Below are positions 1 through 9,607 of a stretch of 43,609 bases of DNA, piece by piece (positions within the stretch are counted from its first letter, which is position 1; each line of letters opens with the position of its first letter). Below the pieces are notes generated by a model. It did not search any database. It worked only from the letters and a program-made list of their open reading frames with translations, and was not told the DNA's origin. Source of the DNA: Octopus bimaculoides (taxonomy: Eukaryota). Where the stretch lies: the NCBI RefSeq assembly GCF_001194135.2, contig NC_069003.1, positions 11,487,340-11,530,948 of the forward strand. Reading direction: 5' to 3'. Made by a program: the position numbers and the translations under genes.

Positions 1-699
1 GTGGTTCGTAAGGAAGCTACTTTATTTCATAAATATTTGCCATAAAGGCATTACAAAGAGGGGACGAACAAGGACAGACAAACATAAAAGGGGTGAAGTA
101 GCAGTATCGATTAAATATTTACAATTTTGAATATACCTTTCTTTCTCATAGTCAAAACTGCAGTAAAAACACCTCGTTGTGTGTGTGTGTGGGGGGGGGT
201 ACACATACACGAGTGTGTCTAGGGATCTTTCCCAAGTTTGAAAGTGTTTCGTTAAGAAAACAAGTGGCGCCTGCCAAATCAGAAAGATCCGTGCCTAGCT
301 GTCCGACTTTGTTTCCTTATATCTTTCAGAAAAATGGATATCTTTCAGTGACATTTTTCTACAAATACCTTTCAGAATGTGTAGATTGTGATTATATCGG
401 AATTTAATGTTTTAAAAAATTTGGGGGTGTACACACATACATATTGCCTGTGCAGCGACAGCAGCAGTTGCAGTAGCAGTAGTAGTAGTCACTTTTGTTT
501 ACCATCATATCAAAATTTAAAAATAGCCAAAAAATACGAAAGTATCATTAGCATCTATCGTAAGAGGTCGTCTGTTACTATGGTGATAGTAATCACCAGA
601 ATTCTACAAGTCGTGAATTTAAACAATTTCAGTAAATCATTTTAGCCAATGTAAGTCATCATAATTTCCATAAAACATTAAAAAAAAATTTATCCACAA

Positions 700-1092
700 G
701 GCGCAAGCTTGGCCGTGTGGTTGAGAAGCTTCCCAACTACGTCGTTCCGGCTTCAATCCCACTTCACGGCACCTTGGGTGTCTTCTATTATAGCCCCAGG
801 CTGACCAAAGTCTTTTCAGTGGAATTGGTAGACAGAAATTAAAAGTAGCTCGTTACATACACAAACAAACACACACACACGCACGCTCACGTTTGTGTTT
901 CTGTGTTGTTTTGTCCCTTCCACCGCGTGACAACCGGTGTTGGTGTGTTTACATCTCTGTAACTTAGCGGTTCGGCGCAAAGAGCGACGGATAGAAACTT
1001 TTTAAAAAAAGAAGAAGAAGAAATAGGGGTCGATCTGTTTAACTGAAGTCTTTCATGGTCGCAGTCCAACGACACAGACAAGTAAAAGATAA
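700..1092 (+). mobile_element. SINE family A (tRNA-like head, CCTTGGGCAAGT core, internal microsatellite, ...GAAACAAGTAAAAGA tail), diverged copy
   Basis: Colinear with the young copies at 9144, 32645 and 38335. Confidence 0.85.
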
Positions 1093-1628
1093 CTGAAAAG
1101 AAAAAAAAAATATCTAAGCAGCCACAGGACTACTGAAATGTAAATTCACAGAATATACGAAAGTCGATACTAGCAATAAGTGAGTAGCTTTGTTCTCACC
1201 ACAGTAACTATCCCCCCACCCCACGTCGCTTTCCCCGACGGTTATGAAGCTTCTGTTCCTGTTTCGAATTCCTCCCTGTCATTCCTGATCCCCCGACTGC
1301 TTTCCTTAAAAGACGAAATCTTGTGGATGCGGTGATACACATTGAAACTCTGACGCTTCTTTCCGTCCCAGGTAAATGTTTTATTGTTATAAACAACAAC
1401 AAAAAAGTCCTTACTGTGGATACACTGAAAGTTTCGTTGCTTAACCCTCGGCTCAGTCCCGATCCACGCAGCCCTGCGATCAAAAGTATTCCCAGACATG
1501 ACCATCTCGTCGTGCATTAGTGACAACTACATTTTCTTCTTCAGTGTCTTCTCTATTTCAAGGCAGTAAGTATGTGATTTGAGGGAGATTCGGCTGCTAT
1601 TTCTAACATTTCCTGCAACCGTGTAGAG

Positions 1629-1764
1629 CAGTCGTGGGCAAACTGCGACCCACGGGACTTTCTGAATGACACCTAACGAAATATTACCTCATTTTTTTTC
1701 TTTCTTTTAGTAATGAGTCTCACCTGATAATGAGTCATTTCTCGAAAAAGGTTGCCCATGCCTG
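1629..1764. mobile_element. hAT/Charlie-type MITE
   Basis: TIRs CAGTCGTGGGCAAACT and CAGGCATGGGCAACCT (reverse complement of the right end), 13/16 identical; 8-bp flanks GTGTAGAG/ATGCAGAA. Confidence 0.6.
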
Positions 1765-1870
1765 ATGCAGAAGCTTCCTCGTTAAGAAGGTGAACACATT
1801 TCACAGATACAATTCACTCTAATTTGCCACAACGCTTTTATATCTCCATTAATATCTTTTGTCTCCGTCT

Positions 1871-2009
1871 TTACGTTCTGAGTTCAAATTCCGCCGAGGT
1901 CGACTTTGCCTTTCATCCTTTCGAGGTCGATAAATCAAGTACCAGTTGCATACTGGAGTCGATCTAATCCCCCAAAATTTCGGGCCTTGTACTTAGAGTA
2001 GAAAAGAAT
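1871..2009 (+). mobile_element. SINE family B, 5'-truncated
   Basis: GAGTTCAAATTCCGCCGAGGTCGACTTTGCCTTTCATCCTTTCG...AAGTACCAG core shared with many copies. Confidence 0.85.
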
Positions 2010-2189
2010 ATCTTTTGTGTCCTAAACGGCTAATCTTCCTCACGATTGGGTATTTCATTCCGTCTCTACTCAACGTGCGGTCTTATATATATGTATATAT
2101 ATAGTGTGTATTATTCGTATGCATTCTTTTACTTGTTTCAGTAATTTGACTGCGACCATGCTGGAGCACCACCTTTAAAAAAGTGTGAG

Positions 2190-2305
2190 ACGCTTCCAGC
2201 ACCTAGGTTTCCCAAGCGGCCACCCATCTAAGTACTCACTAGGCTCGACGTTGCTTAACTTCTGTGGACGAGAACCGGTGCTTTCAGCATGATATGATCG
2301 TGCGC
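2190..2305 (-). rRNA. 5S rRNA copy, degenerate (probable pseudogene, about 4-nt deletion in loop C)
   Basis: Minus strand reads GCGCACGATCATATCATGCTGAAAGCACCGGTTCTCGTCC[GATC missing]ACAGAAGTTAAGCAACGTCGAGCCTAGTGAGTACTTAGATGGGTGGCCGCTTGGGAAACCTAGGTGCTGGAAGCGT. This aligns end to end with invertebrate 5S as recalled. T6 at 2177-2182. Confidence 0.85.
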
Positions 2306-3729
2306 GTGTGTGTGTGTATACAGACCTAACCAGTACAAACAGTCTCTTAAATGTTGCCATTATAGTTCCACTGTATACATTACTGTATGTATATATATAT
2401 ATATAGTGTGTTATTTGTATGTACATGTAAATTCGTTTTTAACTGTTGGACTTGGAGTATATAAACCTATAAACACATGCATGTATTTATTTATTTATAG
2501 AAGCTGATCTAAAACAAAATCTTTCAAAACAAACACTTGACGGTCCTTTTCATGTAGCAATATTTAATATAATATTTATGTTATGGATTATTGGTGAGCG
2601 TTTCGATCAGGGTTGTGTTTGTTTTCTTTAAAAACAAAAAGACGGAATTGTTTCAGCTGGAAAAACTATCGCAGCAACAAAATCGAGTTAATCAGAGTTG
2701 CTACTTTTTCTTTCTGTTTTTTGTTTTATAAATTTGGACCTACATCGTATATTGAAATATATGAAAAATATTGGCAATTTTATGAACCAGTATTCTAAGC
2801 GACACAAATCTTAACATGCTAAGATTGCTGTAAAGACAATGTTTTCAACCGAACCGGCCGATAGTAACATGCAACTAAAACTATCTTTCGATTGATTAGG
2901 GACTCTTATACTACGTCTCCTCCTATTTAGATTTTGGTAACTTTGAGAGTTAGAACTGAACAATAGAGAAGTGTATGTATACTCAAGGATCGTATATTCC
3001 TGTACAGCATCCTTAGAAGGGTACGTACCCCCTTTATTTCGTATCATTTGTTGACTTAGAACTGTTAAAAACGAACATTAAGGCTATGCAAGGGCCTGTC
3101 GCTGTCACAGGCACGGCCCTTTCTCACAGACCTAACCAGTACAAACTGTCTTTTAAATGTTGCCATTATAGTTCCACTGTTTACATTTCCACACTCACCC
3201 AGCTCTTCTTATCATCAGAACATATTTAATTTATTGAGCTTTTAGATATGTATGAACACTACTTTCGTGGTAACGTTTTAAACACCATCATCGTTAAAAA
3301 AAAAATATTAACAATAATTTCTAAAACATGGACTTGTTAAAATTCTTCACTACCTTTAAATTTTCAAGTTATAACTTCTAACCTGGTAGAATCGTTAGTG
3401 CGTCGAACAAAATGTTTAACGGCATTTCTTCTGGCTCTTTATAGTCTGAGTTCAAATAATTGAGGCGAAATAATTGACTGACTTCCCTTTCACTAAAATT
3501 GCTGGTCGTCTGTTAAATTTTGTTTTTAATTGCTTTTATTATTATGTTGATGATCATAATGTTTCCATTTCTTTACGAGTGTCTACTCGAACTTAGGGCA
3601 AAGAAATTCACTGTTATACATTGATAGGCCATTAAAATAAACACACCAGATTGTTCATTTACAAAGTCATGTGAAAAAAAAAACGGAAAAGAAAACAAAT
3701 TTTTTTTTTTTAACATGGGTTGTAATCGT

Positions 3730-3836
3730 TCTCGCAGTGACAACGCTCTTCTAAGTATGTGTGACATGCAAGTTAATACAATCTTTTGCACTTCTTGTAT
3801 GGATGGTAACCCAGGGATAATTCTCAAATAATTTTC
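3730..3836 (-). mobile_element. C-terminal remnant of an R4/Dong-like non-LTR retrotransposon
   Basis: ENYLRIIPGLPSIQEVQKIVLTCMSHILRRALSL resembles the IPG...QKxxxLGTAxILRR terminus of RLE-type R4/Rex6 elements. Confidence 0.5.
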
Positions 3837-3895
3837 AGTTCTTAGTCCACTCTTATTCATCATAGTCCTCCAGGCCATGACAGAGGAGTTCAAAA
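3836..3895 (+). mobile_element. RTE LINE reverse transcriptase fragment (SVLSPLLFIIVLQAMTEEFK)
   Basis: Near-identical to 5144-5204. Confidence 0.75.
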
Positions 3896-4284
3896 TTAAT
3901 CATGCATTATCTCCTCAAAATTTCAGTGATGTAATTGAATATTTTTAGAATAACATAAGAAGGTGTGAGAATCCAGATCTAACTTGTGTGAACATAAAAC
4001 AGGTAGAATACTTACGTCAGATATGGCCAGGTTGAATAATTTCCTCATCTGTTTTAAAGATACCATTTATTTGCAATGATACATTGATTGGGGGCTTTTC
4101 TTTGCTTGTTCATCCTTTGCAATAATATCTGTTCAGCTAGCCTTTGAACTCCCTCCCAATCTGTGTGCATTGGCATATCCCAGAATATGTTTGCTCTGCC
4201 ATTGTTGTAGACTTTATCTGATACAGGTCTATACCGTCACTTTTTGTTGTTGTTGTTGTTATCATCTTTCATCCTTCGTGGGTC

Positions 4285-4635
4285 AGTTCCCAACCACATA
4301 GTTCTGGGTTCAGTCCCATTGTATGTAACCTTGGGCAAGTGGTTTTCTTCTATAGCCTCTGGACAGCCAAAGCCTAATGAACGGATTTTGGTGGACAGAA
4401 ACTGAAAGAAGCCCATCTTATATATCTGTGTGTATATGTTTGTGTTTGTCCCACCACCCCTACTTGACAGCTGATGTTGGTTTGTTTACATCTCTATCAC
4501 TTAGTGGGTTGGCAAAAAAAGATCAATAGAATAAGTATAAGTCTTTAAAAGAATAGTACTGGTGTTGATTTGGTCAATTATACCATTCAAGGCAGTGCCC
4601 CAGCTTTGCCAGTCCTATGACTGAAATAGGTAAGT
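4285..4635 (+). mobile_element. SINE family A, degenerate
   Basis: Head, core, microsatellite and tail all recognisable. Confidence 0.75.
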
Positions 4636-4662
4636 TAGTAGTAGTGATAATAGTAGTTAAGA

Positions 4663-4878
4663 AAGCGGTGAGCTGGCAGAAATGTTAGCACGCCGGGCGA
4701 AATGCTTAGCGGTATTTCGTCTGCCATTACATTCTGAGTTCAAATTCTGCCGAGGTTGACTTTGCCTTTCATCCTTTCGGGGCCAATAAATTAATTACCA
4801 GTTGCATACTGGGGTCGATCTAATTGACTGGTTCCTTCCCCAAAAATTTTGGGCCTTATGCCTAGAGTAGAAACGAAT
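4663..4878 (+). mobile_element. SINE family B, full length
   Basis: GCGGTGAGCTGGCAGAAATGTTAGCA head, GAGTTCAAATTC B-box-like motif, conserved core. Confidence 0.9.
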
Positions 4879-5121
4879 AATAGTAGTTGAGTCATTCATG
4901 TGCTTTAGATTGTGACTTTTTGTATTGTGTGTGAAATTTTCTAAATTTCAGCCAATTTTGTGGTATATTGGTGATGTATAGGCAATTCATCTCATGACTC
5001 ACCAGTGGAATGTGCCATCAAGAGAGCCTGAAACCAAGTGTTCTATACATTTATAATAAGGTAAATATTATTACATCATTAATAAGTACTGTATGCTTAA
5101 ATGTGTGTGTGTATATATGCA

Positions 5122-5260
5122 TACAAGCCGGGGTTCACCAGGGATCAGTTCTTAGTCCACTCTTATTTATCATAGTCCTCCAGGCCGTGACAGAAGAATT
5201 CAAAACTGGATGCCCTTGGATACTGCTATATGCGGATGACCTCTCTCTTATTGCAGAATC
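5122..5260 (+). mobile_element. RTE-clade LINE reverse transcriptase fragment
   Basis: QAGVHQGSVLSPLLFIIVLQAVTEEFKTGCPWILLYADDLSLIAES contains the QG..LSP and YADD RT motifs. Confidence 0.9.
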
Positions 5261-5429
5261 TGAAGCCATATATTCCCTCTTCCCCCACTTCTCTATCATT
5301 AGAGACTTCCATTAGAATATCTCTAAATTTCTGTTGGTTTGCTGCGTCTTTGAGCTTCCGTAACCTTCTTTTCTATTATGGTTTATTTCACTGAGTCTTT
5401 CTAGCCCTAATTCCTTCAATACCCTCTCC

Positions 5430-5570
5430 TCTATAGCAAGACACTTGTTTTTGTCTCACTGTCACACTCTAACCTTCCATCATCTGACACAAGATCCCCT
5501 CCTCCAAAATCCTCCTCCCCTCTCAAAATTCCTGCCACGAACTGCTTGAAACTTACTAAATTCCTATACT
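5430..5570 (+). mobile_element. Retroposon family D fragment (other copies 7447-7650 +, 19040-19235 -, 26750-26962 +, 34960-35295 -)
   Basis: Shared AGCAAGACAC...AACCTTTCATCATCTGACACAAGATC block; longer copies share the GGTTGGC..AGGAAGGGCATCCAGC tail with family C. Confidence 0.7.
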
Positions 5571-5789
5571 TGGATCCCTGAATCTTACCCTTATATATCA
5601 ATATACACACACACACATCTATCAGTATATGACTTTGTAAGCTTCAAGCAGTTTATGACAGGTATAGAAAACAAAAAGTGGACAGTGTACTGAATAGAAC
5701 AATAGCAATTTATTGGTGTTGAGGCAAAGCTTACACACTGTTTCCTATATTCAAATAAATATTTATATAGATATTATTACTATTATTAG

Positions 5790-6254
5790 CAGTCTCCTTC
5801 ATTGGACACGAAACTCAGCTTGCGAAGACCTGTTGGGGCAAGCGAAAGCGAAATCGGATGGCACCTGTGCCCAGCGTCGCCTTCCTGGCACTTGTGTCGG
5901 TGGCACGTGNNNNNNNNNNTCGCCTTCCTGGCACTTGTGTCGGTGGCACGTGAAAAGTCATTTGAGCGAGATCGTTGCCAGTGCCGCTGGACTGGCTCCT
6001 GTGCAGGTGACACGTAAAATACACCATTTTGAGCATAGCCGTTGCCAGTACCGTGTGACAGGCCTTCGTGCTGGTGACACGTAAAAGCACCCACTACATT
6101 TTTGGAGTGGTTGGCATTAGGAAGGGCATCCAGATGTAGAAACTCTGCCAAATCAGATTGGAGCCTGGTGTAGCCATCGGGTTCCACCAGTCCTCAGTCA
6201 AATCGTCCAACCCATGCTAGCATGGAAAGCGGACGTTAAACGATGATGATGATG
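5790..6254 (+). mobile_element. Retroposon family C (tandem ~60-nt units plus AGGAAGGGCATCCAGC...(GAT)n tail; LINE 3'UTR-like); contains an N-gap
   Basis: Same tail and units as 10318, 15330, 32052 and 33975. Confidence 0.85.
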
Positions 6255-6677
6255 AATAATATAAGTGGCCAGTAAGCAATTATAACTGCTTGCTGGCCAC
6301 TTATTATTATTTATTTTACTGCTAATAATGATAGTAATAATATCTATATAAATATTTATTTGAATATTTATTCATTTATGGAAAATTATACACTGATATC
6401 GTTTTGGATTTGTTATGAGCCTGTTCAGCATTTAATGGACATGAGAAAGCCTTCCCTGTTTCCACTGCAGACAACACAAACACAGTCTGCACACCCAGAG
6501 CGATCGAGTTCAGTTTTAGTATTCTTGTTTGTGAGAGCAGTCGAGTTTATTTCAGATATTCTCATTTTAAAAAATCATCTCTGGCTAATCATTGAGAGGA
6601 CATTGGTGTTGCCTTGGCAGAGGTTTGCACTCCCTGAGTGCTCTTATTATTATTATGATTATTATTATTATTATTAA

Positions 6678-6858
6678 GGTGACAAGATGGCAGAATCATT
6701 AGTATGCCAGGCAAAATGCACAGCAACATTTTATCCATCTTTGCCGAGGTTGACTTTACCTTTCATCCTTGTGGGGTCAATAAAATAAGTACCAGCTAAG
6801 CACTGGGGTCTATGTAATCAATTTAGCCCTTCCCCAAAGCGGCCAAAATATGAAACTG

Positions 6859-6860
<2 letters not shown>
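6678..6860 (+). mobile_element. SINE family B, degenerate
   Basis: Core GCCGAGGTTGACTTTACCTTTCATCC...AAGTACCAG. Confidence 0.75.

Positions 6861-6912
<52 letters not shown>
6861..6912. repeat. (ATT)n microsatellite just upstream of the FBXW9 acceptor
   Basis: Direct reading. Confidence 0.95.
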
Positions 6913-6914
<2 letters not shown>

Positions 6915-6953
6915 ATTATCAACTCTTAAATTTTTGAAATAGGCTACACCATA

Positions 6954-7275
6954 ATGTCTGCAGCTATTGCTCAAGAACAGTCCACAGACCCCAATGTGGA
7001 GCTTCCTGCAGTGGAATCAATCAAGCTAGAAGGTGCTGTCCTCGATCCTGGGAACCCTACCAATGAACAGGAATTCAATGGACACTGTGGGGTCACACTT
7101 GAAAACTTACCTTATGAATTACTGTTGTTAGTTTTTAACTATGTGGATGCAGGTCATCTCATTAGATCTGTGTCCAAAGTGTGTCAAAAGTTCCATGTCC
7201 TGTTGTCATCAGAAACTTACTGGAAGACCCGGTTGACTGCCTGGTACAGCCCAGATAGGTACCCACCTGTTTCAG
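6954..7275 (+). CDS. FBXW9: FBXW9 coding exon 1 (F-box)
   Basis: AG acceptor at 6941-6942, ATG at 6954, MSAAIAQEQ...DRYPPVS, donor CAG|GTAGG at 7276. Confidence 0.9.
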
Positions 7276-9542
7276 GTAGGAAATTTTATAAATTTTATAA
7301 TGTTGGTGTGTGTGTGTGTGTGTAGGTTTGGGACTGAAACAAGCATGTTGTGCGTTTTTGTATGTGTGCACTCTTTTACATCAACACGCCTGATTCTATC
7401 CTCTTTCTTATACCTCTCTCTTCCTCTCCCTCTCTTTNNNNNNNNNNCCTCTCTGTGTCTCTCTAACCTTTCATCATCTGACACAAGATCCCCTCCTCTA
7501 ATTCCCCCCTCCCCTCTCAAAATTCCTTGTCTTGCAAGTTACTTGGTGACCCTGCAGGTGCTGGTGCTACATAAAAAGCATCCAGTCCACACTGTGAAGT
7601 GGTTGGCATTTGGACGGGCAACCAGCTGTAAAAACCATGCCAAAACTGACCTCCGAGAGTGTAGTGGGTGCTTTTACGTGCCACTGGCATGAAGGCCAGT
7701 CAGGTGGTACTGGCCACAGCCACACTCAAAATGGTGTTTTTTACGTGCCACCTGCACAGGAGCCAGTCCAGCGGCACTGGCAACGACCTCGCTTGAATGT
7801 TTTCTAACGTGCCACCGGCACAAGTGCCAGTAAGGCGACGCTGGTAACGATCAGGCTCAAATGGTGCTATTTACGTGCCACTGGCAATGATCACACTTGG
7901 ACGGTGCTGTTAGTACTCCACTGATAAATATATGTATGCATATTTCTCTATAAATGTATGTGTGTGTATGTTAACTTATGTTATTGTTGTTTCCTATCAG
8001 AGTTGAGTGGAGACTTTGACTGGAAAGAAGCCTGTTTAGCTACAGAAGAAGCTTATGGTTTTTGGCGGAACAACTCGCAAAAGACAGAATGCATCAGAAT
8101 CAGCAACATGTCGTCCGGCTTCAGCGATTCCGTACATTTTCTACAGGTGATCCAATTTTTCTTATTTCTTTACTGCCCACAAGGGGCTACACACAGAGGG
8201 GACAAACAAGGACAGACAAAGGGATTAAGTCGATTACATCGACCCCAGTGCGTAACTGGTACTTATTTAATCGACCCCGAAAGGATGAAAGGCAAAGTCG
8301 ACCTTGGCGGAATTTGAACTCAAAACGTAGCAGCAGACGAAATATTGCTAAGCATTTCGCCCGGCTGCTAACATTTCTGCCAGCTCGCCGCCTTACAATT
8401 TTTCTGTGTTCTTGTGTTTTTTTTCACTTGCTTCAAATTATTGTAATGCAACCATGCTGGAGCACTGCATTTCAAGAGCTGTTTAGTTGCTTGAACTAAA
8501 CAGCAGTGCATTTATCTTGTAAACTTATTGTCTCAATCCTTGTCAGAAAAAGGGTGAAGTTCACCTTGGTGTACAGGGAAGGATCTAAATAAATTCCACT
8601 AGATATTTTGTTCATTTTATCATTGATTCTACCAACCCAGCGATACTGCACACACACATGTGCTGCAGAACAGAGAAGTCAGCTCACACCACTGTTTCTC
8701 CAAAGATTTCCTGAAGAAGGGTTAGAATCACCAATACTACTACCACCACCATTATTACTACAACTACTATTATTACTATCACTATCACCACTACTACGAT
8801 ATCACTAGTACTACAACAACTATTATTAACTAGTTGACCACGTGCCGTCGATAATGATGGCTAAATGTAGTATTTTATATATAAATAACGTACAAAATAA
8901 GGTGTATAATAATCATACAAACAAACATTCACATACTTCCCTTGTACACACACACACACACACACACATATACACTCACAGAGTTGAAACATTGATTTTT
9001 TTTCACCCCTTCCTTTCTCACATTGCTATTACTTTCTCTCACTCCCTCTCAGTCAGGGTTATTACTCTCACTACTTCTCCTTCACTGAATTACTATTTTC
9101 TCTCCTCCTCCGCATCCAGCATGATTCTGGACAAATATATTTACTCTTTTACTTGTTTCAGTCATTTGACTGTGGCCATGCTGGAGCACTGACTTTAGTC
9201 AAGCAAATCGACCCTAGGACTTATTCTTTTAAACCTAGTACTTATTGTATCGGCCTCTTTTGCCAAACCGCTATGTTACGGGGACGTAAACACACCAGCA
9301 TTGGTTGTCAAGCGATGGTGGGGAGACAAACACAGACACACATACATACCCACACACACATATATATATACATATATACGATGGGCTTCTTTCAGTTTCC
9401 GTCTACCAAATCCACTCACAAAGCTTTGGTCGGCCCGAGGCTATAGTAGAAGACACCTGCCCAAGGTGCCCCGCAGTGGGACTGAACCTGGGACCATGTG
9501 GTTGGTAAGCAAGCTACTTACCACACAGCCACTCCTGCGCCT

Positions 9543-9607
<65 letters not shown>

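Noticed and set aside
1248-1371. N-terminal coding extension of FBXW9 via donor 1372
   Set aside because: The frame would join, but there is no ATG before the in-frame TGA at 1245.
2190-2305. Functional 5S rRNA gene or array
   Set aside because: Single copy, a 4-nt deletion in a conserved loop, box C changes and no tandem array; treated as a pseudogene or chimera.
5910-5940. Direct repeat CGCCTTCCTGGCACTTGTGTCGGTGGCACGTG on both sides of a 10-N gap
   Set aside because: Most likely an unmerged contig overlap, i.e. an assembly artefact.
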